From the NCBI GenBank assembly GCA_965203295.1, contig CBDBCZ010000018.1, positions 2,701,187 through 2,765,186 of the forward strand: a stretch of 64,000 nucleotides of DNA, written 5' to 3'. The stretch comes from Nitrospirales bacterium. GTDB taxonomy: Bacteria > Nitrospirota > Nitrospiria > Nitrospirales > UBA8639. Position numbers and translations under genes: made by a program. Under the pieces are notes generated by a model. It searched no databases. It was given only the letters and a program-made list of their open reading frames with translations, and was not told where the DNA came from. Below are positions 38,292-51,257 of the stretch, piece after piece. Numbering within the stretch: position 1 is the first letter of the stretch; each line of letters opens with the position of its first letter.

Positions 38292-41220
38292 ATGCATTCG
38301 TATCGTGCGTGTGGACACTGCGACAAGTACTTAAGCGATAAGGCCTACAAAGAGCACCATCGCCTATACTTTCAACAGGACCGATGGCTGAGAGCTGATG
38401 ACCTACATCTATGTGAAAGTAATGAATCTTCTCCGCTGTCTGTTTCTGACCCAAACAGTGATGTTGAATCACAACCCAGTGACAATGATTTGGAGGAAGC
38501 AGATATGCACCCTGAAGATTCGGATGATATGTTTTCTGACCCTGAGCCTGAGGCTGACATGCTTGGTGAGCCTCCCTAATTAAGGCACACTATCTTCATG
38601 CATAATTTATATTAACTGCAGCTAGCAATTTCATCTACAACATGTACATGTAATCCTTTTCATAGATGAATTGGAGTATTGGAATGAGGAAGATAATGAT
38701 ATAGATGTGGACTTCCCGCCTCCTCAAGAGCCCAGTAATGACTCATCTACATTAACTGATGAACAAGAGGACTTGGACAGCAAAACTGTAATTTGGTGGA
38801 TAGTTGTATTTACCTGCGTATTCCAAACCCTTCACTCCCTATCTGAACGGGCAGTTTATTGGCTTTTGAAGTTCCTGTTTACACTTCTTACAGTTATGGG
38901 TCGTTATTCTGAAAAAATTGCTAGAATAGCTGCTGTTTTCCCATCAACCGTATATTGCAGGACACAATACCTGAAGAAAAAACTATTGACCCCAACTGTT
39001 TGCAGCTCTGTAGTCTGTCAAGAATGTCATTCCCTCTATGATTATAACGACTGTATAGAAAGGAGAGGTATCCAGGTTATTGTTAAGACTTGTCGTCAAT
39101 GTGCAAAGGCGGGCAAAAGAATTCCTCTTTTAAAGCAAGTATTCACCAGACAAGGGACTGAGAAATTTTACCCTTCCCTGGTGTATCCTTACTCATCCCT
39201 TGTCACTACCCTAAAATCTTTTTTTAAACGCCCAAATTTTCTCCGTGCTTGTGAAGAATGGCGACAAAGTATAGCAACGGATCCAAATGCTTTACGTGAC
39301 ATTTATGATGGCAAGCTTTGGAAGGATTTTTTCTGTTTTGAAGGCATCCCCTTTTTGTCTGAGAGAAATAATATTGGACTAATGTTAAACGTTGATTGGT
39401 TTCAACCTTTTAAGCATAGAACTTACTCTGTAGGAGTATTGTACTTAGCTGTGATGAACTTACCACGTAATATCCGTTTCAAAAGGGAAAATATTATCAT
39501 TGTGGGAGTTATCCCTGGACCTTCGGAGCCTCCTCTAACTATAAACACATACTTATCTCCCCTTGTATCGGAACTCCTTTCCTTATGGAATGATGGTATT
39601 GTGTGTAATGTATTGGAATCGGGACCCCAGGTTATCCGTGCTGCACTTTTATGTGTAGCTTGCGATTTGCCTGCAGGAAGAAAAACTTGTGGATTTTTAA
39701 GTTATGTTGCAAACTTGGGCTGTTCAAGGTGCTATGCCAATTTTGGTACAGGAAAGTTTGGAGTTCAAAACTATTCTGGATTTAACCGCACCTCCTGGAG
39801 GCCTCGCTCAATCGCCAAGCATAGAGAAGATGTCAAAACAATTCTCAAGTGTACAACAAAATCAGAAAAACAACTAAAGGAATCAGAATTTGGTTGTCGT
39901 TATTCCTGTTTACTCGAACTGCCTTACTTTGATGCAATTAGAAAACTGATTATAGACCCGATGCATAACTTGTATATCGGAACAGCCAAGAGCATTATGC
40001 ACAATATTTGGATAAAAGCTGGAATTCTTGATAAGGTTAGGCTCAACAGAATTAATGGCAAAATGTCAACTGTTATCATCCCACCTAATGTGAAGTTTGG
40101 CCGTTTACCTTCTTCAATTGAATTTAGTAAATCTTTCACAGCTGAGCAGTGGATGATTTGGGTAAATTATTACTCACTCTATTGCCTATATGAAGAGCTT
40201 CCGCCAGAACATTTCGAATGTTGGAGGCATTTCGTTTTAGCGTCTAGGTTATTGTCAAAACGGGAAGTAACCTTGGATGATATATCTATTTCAGATGCTC
40301 TTCTTCTTCGATTTTGTTGTCACTTTGAATCCCTTTATGGCCAGTCAGCAGTGACACCAAATATGCACATGCATTGTCATTTGGCAGAATGCATCAGAGA
40401 CTATGGCCCCATGTCATCCTTCTGGCTCTTCTCTTTTGAGAGAATGAATGGGATTCTCGGTAATGAGCCTACCAATAATCGGTCCATTGAACTTCAGTTG
40501 ATGCAGCGATTTGTGAAAGACAATTCTCATTTACATTTGCTATCCTCTCTCTCTAATGACAGTAGTGATGTGAGCACTGTTTTTTCCAAGGTTGTTAAAG
40601 AGCATGCTTACAGCTATGATTCTGTAAAGCACTTGGATAGACAGATATCTTTGACAGTTCAATCTAGCTCTGGTTTTCAGTATGTACCTGCCATAAAATA
40701 TACTCTGGCAGTGTTTTCAGAATCACATATTCCTTTTTTGTCCCAAATTTATTGTACCATTTACCCTGCACTTTCTGAGCAACTCAGCTGTACTGTAACA
40801 CAGTCACAGACGTACAGAATGATGCATTCAATTACCATCTGTAATCAAAAGATCAATTCTGGTCAATTTGTGTATGCGAAAAGCGTGTTTCCTTTTCAGA
40901 CATCACTGTCCGATACCACCCAAACTGTTTTTACTGATCCTACATATCGTCCTGCTAAAGTTCATCATTTTGCTATCCATTCAGTTCAAGTTACGGAGTC
41001 TTCATGTACTATTACGCATGCTTTTGCTGTTATCAGTTGGTTGATGCATCACCCACTTCAGCACTCTATTGGTAAGCCATATCAAGTTTGGCATTCATCA
41101 CTGTATGAGTATAGTCCAGAAAATTTTGTTGTACCATTAGAAAATATTTCTTCTTTGTTAATAACAGCTGAGTGCACCTTTGAAGATGGAAATGTTATTG
41201 TAGTAGTACCTCTATTGTAG
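38292..41220 (+). CDS. CACTA/EnSpm (Tnp2/TnpD-type) transposase, 942 aa, 2 exons
   Basis: join(38292..38565,38666..41220) is open. Motifs DIYDG, LNVDWFQPF, CDLPA.RK, IDPMHNL, TPNMHMHCHL and FSFERMNG. Confidence 0.92.
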
Positions 41221-41369
41221 TCTTGTTTTAGCACATGGCAGTTTTATATTAACAATGCCAAGATCAAGTAGAAATACATTTATACCAAGTATAGCATACC
41301 AACTTGGTAAAATATTATTGGCCGGAAAGTTTGGTCATATATTTCCCTGCAAACTTGAAGGATAACCAA

Positions 41370-41680
41370 CATTTCACTTAGTAAACTTGAAAGAAAACTG
41401 TGTTTCCACATGCTAAAAATACTTCGTTTCCATGCTCAGTAAACTTGAACGAAAACTGTGTTTCCACATGCTAAAAATACTTCGTTTCCATGCTCAGTAA
41501 ACGCGAAAGAAACTTATGTTTCCACATGCTAAAAATACTTCGTTTCCATGCTCAGTAAACGCAAAAGAAACTTATGTTTCCACATGCTAAGAATACTCTG
41601 TTTCCATGCTCAGTAAATGCAAAAGAAACTCATGTTTCCACAATTGTAAAAAATACTTTATGTTTCCATGCTCAGAAAAT
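41370..41680. repeat. CACTA right subterminal array, ~5 x 58 bp
   Basis: Repeated TGTTTCCACATGCTAAAAATACTTCGTTTCCATGCTCAGTAAAC. Confidence 0.9.
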
Positions 41681-43650
41681 TCAAAAGAAAGATGAGGTAT
41701 CCACAGCAGGATTATATCATGTTTCCAATCATCATTGTAAACTTAATGAAATGCATAAGGTTTCATGGTGTTTCTATACCCTTGTGGAAACTTATTGAAC
41801 TTTTTAGTGTTTCCTTCTGAGAAACATCTAAGGAAACTTAAAAGTTAAGTTTCCATTAGGATTTTTTACAGCAAATCTCCTGGAAACTTATTATTTTTCA
41901 CAGTGTTGGTTAATGCACAGTGAGTATATGAAGCCAAATAACAGCTACTGTACAGTGCAGGGCATTCTGGGGCAAGATCTAGAAGCTCTACATGCTGGTG
42001 TCTAGCTTATTATGAGGCTACCAGGCAGCTGCGCTACATGTAGGTTCGTTTTGTGAGCACTTTATCCCACTTGGTACATGCATACAGTGGGGCAGGTTGT
42101 AGTTAAACCACCCCTAGACGCATTTACCAGTAATACACGAGGTAAACCCCACCCCGAGAGCGAAGCCCGAGGGGTTTACCTGGAACTGTCGAGTGTTTTG
42201 CTGGTAAATGTCGAGTGTATTGCTGGTAAATGTGTCTAGGGGTGGTTTAACTGGTTTGTTAGCATGACAGCCATACACATCAAAGGCACCATGACAGCTG
42301 CAACAGCTGCCATGTTCTAACTTCCCTAATTGGCATGTTCTAACTACCACTAATTGTAAGTTAGAACACTCCTGCAGTTAGAACACTTCTACACTCCATG
42401 TATATAAACCGTAGGCAGTTAGAACACTTCTACCCTATATAAACTGTAGGCGGTACCTTTGATTTGTATGGCTGCCATTATATTGTACTTGTATGCCAAT
42501 ATGAAGAAACAAAGAAGGTATGCACATGACCCTAACACTTGGTACATGCGCGCAGTGGGGCAGTTCGTTGCATTGTACTTGCATGCAAATATATTATACA
42601 AATGAACTGGAGAGAGGGACAAGGACAGTTAGCACTAAACAAGATGTACTGCACTTGACACATACACGCTCATGTGCATACCTTCTCTGTTTCTTCACTG
42701 TTTGCTTCCAGCAATTCTTCAAGCTTCTCAATGATTTCTTGAGGGAAGTGGGCCACCTTTGTGTTCTTCCCACTGCTCAGCTTCTTCAGTCGCCCTTCAC
42801 CGAAAAACAGTAAGTCTATAGGAGATTCTGATGCTTGCGTAGTAGGATTGATGACAGTTTTGCCATTGGGATCAGTTGAAATGATATCGTACACAGAATA
42901 GAAGTGGGGATCGGGCCTGTGAGCTGCAAGATCTGAGCTGCTAAAGATCTGCAAATCGAGAAAAATGGAAGGACAAGCTAGCCGGATGAGATGAGCCACC
43001 ATCGTCTGAACCATGTCCAGCAGCTGAATGCATTGGTGACCTTCGCCAGCCACTGCACGACCAACAATACGGATTGCAGTGCTAGAGTCATTGATCTGGA
43101 CGAGGCACTGATGAGAACCAGCATCGACTATGAAACTACTTTTGAATAGAAAAACCTTTTCCTGCTTAAAGCCACTGGTAGCTTGGACTTGAAGTCGGGG
43201 AAAGAATCCAGGAGGAAAAGCATCTGTCTCGTCCGCACACGATAAATTCCTCCCTACATAGGCTACAAACTGAGGCTCGGGCTTCCATACTTGCGCATCC
43301 AAGGGGGTTGTAATGAGGGAAGGGAACATGTAAGCATTGGATTCCCTAACCTTGTGGCACAGCTCAAAGTGTTGTAGCAACCCGATGATTGCAGGAATGT
43401 GTTGCTTGTCGATATGCTCTGCAAACCTCGCCTGAAGCTCATCTACTGTTATTAGTGGTGAGCCGACTGAGCCGTAGGAAAGCTCTCAGGAGCCAAGGCC
43501 TTTCCAAGAACATCTTTGCATAGCCAACCAGGGTCAATGAAGACAAAGTTGGCCAATGCTCCTTCTTGAAAGTAGACAAGCTACAAGGAAAGGAGAGAAC
43601 AATACCATCTGGAGTGCCATTGCTTCTATTTACTAGGTGAATGCAAAGCA

Positions 43651-44080
43651 TTGTGGGGCGAGCGTGAGCGAGGTATTAGCCCATGCGTACGTTAGCGGCG
43701 ACGCGCCCTCAGCAGCTCTTTTGGCTCCTTCTCTCGTCTCAGTGTCACTGTCGGTGGCCTGGAGAAATGACAACTCTTCTGGCTCTAAAACTCGCTCTCT
43801 GCTGTTCCAATGTGACTTATCGCCAACCTGGGGATATATACGGCAACGCTGTAGCCTTTGCCGCTGCCTACTCTGTGAGAGCATCCCTAAGCTAGCTGCA
43901 CTGCAGCCACTGTGGCCACGTGAACAATTTGGAATATTACGGAAACTATTTGAAACGTTATATTGAAGCGCGAAGCGATATGCGGTATGTGCGTACGTAC
44001 GTACGTACGTACGTACACCGTACGCACAGACAAATTCTCCATTGAACACACTAGTGTGGGGCTCGCTCACGCTCGCCCAA
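43651..44080. mobile_element. Helentron-like non-autonomous element in a ROCO intron
   Basis: GGGCGAGCGTGAGCGAG / CTCGCTCACGCTCGCCC inverted ends and a (CGTA)n microsatellite. Confidence 0.65.
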
Positions 44081-45836
44081 TCAATTGTCATGTTTGCCTC
44101 ATTTCCAGGTCTCCACTGCCACCTTATTTGTGCACGTTGGAAAAAAGCCTGCTGATCAGTATGGAATGAAAATCTGGCAGTGGAGACTGGGAACGAGACA
44201 TATACATGTAGCTACCCACAGTGATTATTTTAGCAACATCCTTTCCAGTACTTTGCAGGCACCAAACTATATTGTTGGTGCCAGAGCATGCAAAAACAGA
44301 CAGTACCAATACTTTTGTTCACAGCTCTGCACACCCTTACATGTAGGGAACTAATACAGGCACATTTCATATTTACAAGTACGTATCTAAAGTGAGGCGA
44401 CAGCATACGTACTTACATTACTTATGTACATAATCAAGCGGTACACATACCACTCCGGCATTGGTGAGGCACCGACAGACATATATTAGCTGTTTCTCTG
44501 ACAGCAGCTGGTTGAGCTCATCATGCACAATCGTCCTGAGGGATTCCCAGGGCATAACCTTCAACTTGGGGTGTTCCACCCGAAGCTGCTCCACCTTCCA
44601 CGCCACCTGTTCTACCACACGAGGATACCGTTGCTGTGCCTATAAGAAGAGGGTGGCAATAGCTTGTGATATTAGCCCTATCACACTTACTGGTAAACTG
44701 CTCACTTACAGTTGAGAAAATAGATATGAGCTGCTACTAATTAGTAGGGATAGGGTTAGGGTCTATGCATATGGACAATTTATCGTCTTCTCACCAGACC
44801 TAGCTTCCACTTTTGCAGAGAAGAAAAACACTTTTAGCCCAGGCCATCGCACAGTACTCCATGATCACACCACAAAGGTGTTTTAGGATACATTGTGAAT
44901 ACACTGGCTTAGCAATGCTATCCATGTCTAATCTATAGAAAGTGAGGTCGAAGTGACTTGAATTCTGGTTTCACTACTGTGGTAGTCCAGACATGCAGTT
45001 AGGATGTGGGATGATTAACATTCTTAAAGAGCTGGTAGTTACATACAGTTGCGGTCAATAAAACTTTACGTACCGTACAAGTAGTACGTACGCACTATGC
45101 ATGGACTCCGTACCGTACTGTAGGCGTACCCACTGTGTAACAATATTGCGTAATAAATTTAGCACCACGTGTACAGTATGCTAACTGTGTATACTACTGC
45201 GGATTAGGCCGCATTACGAGTGTGAAAGTAATAGTAAGAGCAAGGAAGAATCAGGGCTATAAAAAATGCGGCACAAAAATTGCTGGGACGGAGCCTAGCC
45301 CCAGCAGCAAGCCTATACACATGTACCTGGACTCAAATCTACGCTTACGTACTTACTCTTCTGATCTTGTAGCTATTTCAAACGATAGCACATTGACATC
45401 TTTAATCTTCCAAGTTACCTGAATCCAATAGCGCACACAAGTTACAGGACCGTCGATGTCTTATCAGACCACGAGGCACTACAGTTAGTGTTGTTTTGGT
45501 TAACTATAACTACTACTAAATTGCATTTTAGTAAATGCATCCATAATTTAGTAAATAAAACTATAAACTAAATAAAATTGTCATAAAGCAATTAATTAAA
45601 TTATTACTAAATTAGATATCATTGTACTTCTTTGGCGATTATTACAGCCCACCACTGCGCATTCTGGACTTTGAACCGTACTGAAAGACCACCGAAGCCA
45701 CGTGATTGAACTGCGCATGCGCATGCCCTGCACGCCTGTACACGAGTGTTGCCTAAGAAAAATGGATGGAGAATGTGTTTAGTTATCTGCTTCAATCGTG
45801 TTTGCTGCTTACGTTTGCTATTCCTTTGAGCGAGAC

Positions 45837-47982
45837 ATGGCCTCAGGACTATCGCCGTTGAGACTATCTTCAAGTCCCCCGTTATCTCCGTTGTTGTCGA
45901 CGTCATCAGCGCGAAGCAGTAGTCGCCCAAAGCAGAGCCCCGTGTGGGACTACTTTGTGTTCGATCAATCTACCGGTAAGAGTACTTGCCAGGTTGATGT
46001 TAAAAAGGAGACTGGCAGTGATGCAGTTGAAGAGAAGTGTGCCCATTCCCTGGCCGGTAAGTACACAACAAATCTCAAGCAGCACTTAAAGAAAGAGCAT
46101 CCGAGACTGTACACAGAATTTCTAGCGAAAGAAGAGGAAAGGGAAAAAAAGCAGCTATCTGTATCACCAAACATTCCGGGCTCTTTCAAGAGCTCAAGTA
46201 AACATGGTAGGCAGCAACTGACGTTGGAGCAAACACTACGTCAAAAAAAAATGCTACAGAGAGTCCACGGTATAAAGAAATCACTAGAAAGTTAGCGATC
46301 TTTGTGGGAAGCACAAATGTCCCAAATAGTATCGTGCGAAGCCTGGAATTCTGTGATCTTCTTACTACAGCTGACCCATGCTACTCTGTTCCTGGCCGAA
46401 CAGCCACATCTAAAGAAATTGATAGGCTCCTAATTGACATGAAGGCCAAAATCGCCACTTCATTGGAAGATGCACGCAAAGTCAGCATCTGTGCTGATAT
46501 ATGGACGAAGAAAGGCATGTCGTCTTCCTATTTGGGAGTCACGGCTCATTTCTTTTCACCGAAAGATCACCTTCGCCATCGTGTCACTGTAGCAGTCAGA
46601 AGAATGCCATGTCCTCACACCGCTAAGAACATTCGTGCAGTCATTCAGGAGGTGTTGGGTGAATGGGAGGTTCCGTTGGGCAAGGTGTCTGCCATACTTA
46701 CCGATAATGGCAGCAATATGGTCGCTTCGTTTTCGACAGCACTTTGAGGCATCTGAGGAAACTGAATCTGAAAACAGTGAGAATGCCGATGGAGGAGACA
46801 TTGACGATGAAGAATATGAAGCCCCAACTGAAGCTGAAATAGAAGATTTTGAGAGCAGGGAATTTGATCATGAGGTTGAATTCGGGCCAATATTCAAACG
46901 ATTGAGTTGTTTCTCGCATACTCTGCAACTTGTAGTCCATCGATTTGATGAAGTAAAGAGTTCCAAGAAAGTGCTGAAGGCAGCACATAAAGTGGTAGAA
47001 AAGTGAACAAGTCAACTAAAGCCACAGAGAAATTGATCACCTTGTGTGGAAAAAAGTTTGTCGGTGATTGTCCAACCCGATGGAGCTCCACGTACCTACT
47101 CATCACACGAATGCTTGAAGTACGGGTGGCATTGACACAGGTGTTAAAAGAGCTGGAGTGAGACAATTTGGCCACAAGTGAGTGGAAGCTGTTGGAAAGC
47201 ATGCGTGATCTGCTCCAGCCATATGCTCGGTACACCACACTACTGGGTGGAGAGGAGTATACCACTTTGTCTGTTGTTGTTCCTGCTATCATGAAAATAT
47301 AATTGCATCTGCGCGAAATGGAAGAGTCAGCGAGGACTGGCAGGAGCAGTGACCCTCCCGGAAACTGAAATGGAAGAGTCAGCGAGGACTGGCAGGAGCA
47401 GTGACCCTCCCGGAAACTGAAATGAAGAGGAGGTTCGACAGGATCCTTAATCCCAAAGCTGATGGTTATGAACTCACTTTCCTTGTAGCAACTGCCCTTG
47501 ATCCACGATACCAAGTAGTGCTGGATGCCGAACAGATAGCTTCTGCTAGAGCTGCACTTGCAAGTCAACTCAAGGAAATGAGACAGCAATCACCGACACA
47601 GAGTCCGAGTTTGAGCTCAACTGGAAGACCACCTAAAAAACGATTCCGTCTTCTTTCAGGCTTGATTGAGGAACGAATTAAGCAAAAAATTAGCAAGCAT
47701 CCAGGTTTTCCACCTGAGGAGGAAGAAATAAAACGCTACTTCAGTACTACCACTACATTAGGTGAAAAGGTAGAGCCTGTTTTCTTCTGGATCGAGAATG
47801 AACAGGTCTACCCACTCCTCTCTGCACTTGCCTTTGACACTTTGATCATTCCCGCATCATCAACACCCATTGAACGCACTTTTTCCACTGCTGGAGAAAC
47901 AACATCGGGTAAACAAAACCGTTTGTCAGACAAGAATCTTGAGCGGGAAGTACTACTTCGAAAGAATAAACAATATCTTTGA
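45837..47982 (+). pseudogene. ZBED-type hAT transposase, frameshifted
   Basis: BED finger (SPVWDYF...TTNLKQHL), DIWT, TDNGSNM, CFSHTLQL, PTRWSST and PASSTPIERTFS motifs are spread over several frames. There are stops and a 52-bp tandem duplication at 47315/47367. Confidence 0.9.
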
Positions 47983-48879
47983 CTTGGTTCGAGAACTAAC
48001 CGCACTCCCAAGTGTAAAGACTTCGGGTGAACAAAGATGCGAGTGAGCATTGATATGGGTGAGCGGAGAAACACGTGTATATTACTACATTCTTAGGGGA
48101 ATGCAAACCACGTACATATTACACTTGCATGTACATGCTACTCAAATCTTTTCTCTAGGTTCTGCATGGCTATGTAACTGCAACGACGTACTACGTACTA
48201 CATATATATAGCCATTACCATATTTTATGCAGTTAGCCATGTTCCCAAGTTTCCCTGCACAGTTCTTGTGCATGCAAGGGGAAGGCCTGAGGATGTATAT
48301 TCTCCAGTGCATGAGACATGCTGTATGCAGCGAGAGTGAGATTCTTTTTAAGTGTAGGGGGCAGTACATTGGTGGTTGTAAACTCTTAAACAGAAGGAAT
48401 ACACTGGATATAAAGAGGAGTGATATTCACTGCTATCATGGGACCAAGAATGATGGTGGCCTTCTCGTGAGACGGATGCCAGTGCAACAACAGGACGGGG
48501 TGATAGACTATCATCTATTCAATTGCATACCATGCCTCTCATGGAAACAGCGTAGCTGCACTAAAGCTAGACCAACAGCAGCTGAGACAACAAATATCTG
48601 CTTTGCAAAGCAGCAGCCATCTCCCCACAAACCACAAGCAAGAGATAGAATCAGTGTACAAATGTGGCCAAACTGCATTTCTGCAGTTCTGCTATCAAAT
48701 CATGGAATTCGTTCAGCTAGTGGACTTTTTTTTTATTTTTCAGCAACTCTGTGGTGTGAACAGCAATACTTTGGTGCATATTGTGGAAATCTACAAATCC
48801 ACATTTCTACATATTTTGCAAATCTGCAACTCTAACCTGCATTTCAGAAGTTGTACAATCTACTCTTAGACTTCCCCAT

Positions 48880-49095
48880 TTTCTGCACATCTGCAAATCT
48901 GCATTTTTTGCAAATCTGCATGTTTTGCAAATCTGCAGTTCTGCAAATCTGCATTTCTGCAAATCTGCATTTCTGCAAAATCTGCATTTCTGCAATCTGC
49001 ATTTCTGCAAATCTACTTTTCTGCAAATCTGCATTTCTGCAAATCCACATTTCTGCAGATCCACATTTCTGCAGATTTGCATTTCTACAAATCTA
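48880..49095. repeat. 16-bp tandem array inside the left TIR (mirrored at ~53366-53567)
   Basis: Repeated TTCTGCAAATCTGCAT units; the copy number differs slightly between the two TIRs. Confidence 0.9.
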
Positions 49096-49473
49096 TTTTT
49101 CACAGCAGGACTTGAAAGGGGTAATCACTACCTGTTAAACGTGGGAATCTAAACTGTGAAAAATTGATTCTGAGAGGGAAACTGTCAATAGTCAGAGTTC
49201 ATGTATTGGTTCACCAATTAGGTAGAACCCTATCTCATATAATTTGTAGTCAGAGTGGACTGTTGCCTTGACAATGGCCAATCATTTTTAGTTCTCATCC
49301 AATCAGTCACATTCAGGCGGTTGCACAATATTGATATGTCTGCAGTAGTTGACTCAGTGTTAGTGAAAGCAGCTAGCTAAATGTGAGTAAATGTAATGTA
49401 TTTGTCAAATAATAGCACATAGAAAAACTTGAATGGAAACATACAGCTGCATTTTACACGAGATCAGTAATGA

Positions 49474-50979
49474 CTACACTTCAGATTCCAATAAAGTAGT
49501 AATACTCATAAAAGAGTGAACAGCATTTCTGAATAAAATCCCATCCCCACTGACTATATCTGAGAAAATAGCTGAGTATTCAGGATTTGAGAAAGCAAAA
49601 AGACTACTTCTTCTGCCAATTAAATCTGAGCTATTTCTTAGTGGATCGCTTCCAAATAGTCCAAATTCAGTTAGTTGTCCACCCTGAGCTATATACATAT
49701 CCTGGGCCTGCTGTGCAGTTGGTACACATTGTGAAGGAATAGGTATTACTTGGTTTAGCTCTTGTTGTCTGCGATTGGGTACCCCAGATCCTAAAAAAAT
49801 TGTTTGATTAGTGAATTTTCAATATACAATGTCAGGCATAACACATACTTACCGGAAATGCAGTGACAGTTCCAGCTATTCACAAATCTCTCCATTCCAA
49901 TAGCTGCAACATTGACAGCAATAAAAGATACGCAAAATTTTGTTACAGAATTGTTTATATCGATTTCATTTCTCTCTTCCATATTGATGAGGAGGCGCTT
50001 GATAGGATAATTAACCCTTGCGTTAACTTCTGGCCAAATTCTTTCCGCTGTCAGATTCTACAAACAAAATTTTAGATGATGATAGTGTTGCACCAGTATT
50101 TGCATAATCACAGTTTCATGTAGCTACTTGCCAACCTCAGTTGATGGAGACTGTACGTATGGTAGTACATCCCGAGGACCACACTGAGCTCTGAGTTTTT
50201 CTTGCACAAACAGTGTAAGATAAAATTCTCTCCCATGGTCAACACGCACCTGTGCCCACACACCATACTGGACTACAGCATGTCTAATTGAAGAGGGCAA
50301 TGGTGGTTGAAATTCAGCTCTATATGTCAATTATAATATATATTATGTAGACCTTAATACTCACCTATAAACATGCTTATAGATAGCAATATTGTTTTTG
50401 ACCGGAAGCGTCAGATGAGAAACTATCTTTCCAGAAAATCCATCCCGTGCTATTACATGAGTTACTCCATACATTTTCACTTTCTCATTTTGGTCTAAAT
50501 GTAACTTATGACCAAAATAGAGTGCTCTGTATGGTAGAGGATTAGTTCGGTCGACGGTATTTTGTCTACGCTCCTCATATTCCTCAGGAGCAACCCTTTT
50601 TAGCGACTCAGCAATGCGTGCTTCAGCCACTGAGATGCCTTTCGACTCTAAATAACCTTTCATCATGGATCGTCCATATGTATGTCCAACCTATAGAAAA
50701 ATAGCCCAAGGCATTTTTTATAATTTCATGTAGCTACATGTACTTCTGCATAAATATCGGTTAGCCTCTAACCTCAGTAACTGCTTCTTCTACAACCTCA
50801 TCCAAGTCATTGCCTTTGAGTTTTTTAATATCATGTTGAGAGCAAAACCTTCTTATACTTCTTGCAGAAAAGCCCCTTTGTACTTCTGGATAGGTTGTCT
50901 TCAAGTGCTCACTGATAGCTTCATAGGTCCATCCTCTTTGCACCAACCCGGCAATCACTTCAACAGAAACTTGTTCCAT
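49474..50979 (-). CDS. Integrase-core DDE transposase, 400 aa, 5 exons, intact
   Basis: Exons 50979-50773, 50690-50365, 50283-50136, 50057-49853 and 49790-49474; GT-AG; 1203 nt open. N-terminal HTH-like region (FSARSIRRFC) and YGRSMMKGYL. Candidate triad in LHLDQNEK, VRVDHGREF and AERIW. Confidence 0.88.
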
Positions 50980-51257
50980 TTTTTAAGTTAGGACACTAAT
51001 GAACTTTCTGTTTTATGAATGAATCTCATTATAGCTGTTACATTTCTACTTGTATTAGTCATAGCATGCATAGCAAAATTGATCACAAATGCAATTTTTT
51101 TTTACTGGATCCAATACCTATATGTGGTTTACATGCAGACAGATGAGTGAATACAAGTCAAGACTCAAAAGGAACCAAAATATACCATACCGCATGGCAT
51201 TTTACATAAAGCAGCAAGACAAAAGCTGTGTGCACAACAAGTAAGCTTACTTTCAGT

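Larger units (their letters stand above)
35158..41905 (+). mobile_element. Full-length CACTA/EnSpm DNA transposon (6748 bp)
   Basis: 25-bp TIRs CACT(A/G)TGAAAAATAATAAGTTTCCA; 3-bp TSD TTG (35155-35157 and 41906-41908); subterminal arrays; two divergent genes. Confidence 0.95.

Noticed and set aside
41370..41680. CRISPR-like regular repeats (also 27045-27192 and 7409-7558)
   Set aside because: These are head-to-tail units without unique spacers, there are no cas genes, and the context is eukaryotic transposon DNA.
44124..44309. Candidate extra ROCO exon
   Set aside because: Exon 44639-44451 joins in phase directly to 43580, giving a continuous COR motif (NAGV-LVYF).
48227..48835. 202-aa ORF
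   Set aside because: It runs across the insertion junction at 48649 into the TIR, so it is a chance fusion frame.
48781..49152. Repetitive Cys/Gln-rich ORFs (LQICISANLHFCK..., also at 53323-53664)
   Set aside because: They are translations of the 16-bp TIR array, open on both strands, and not genes.
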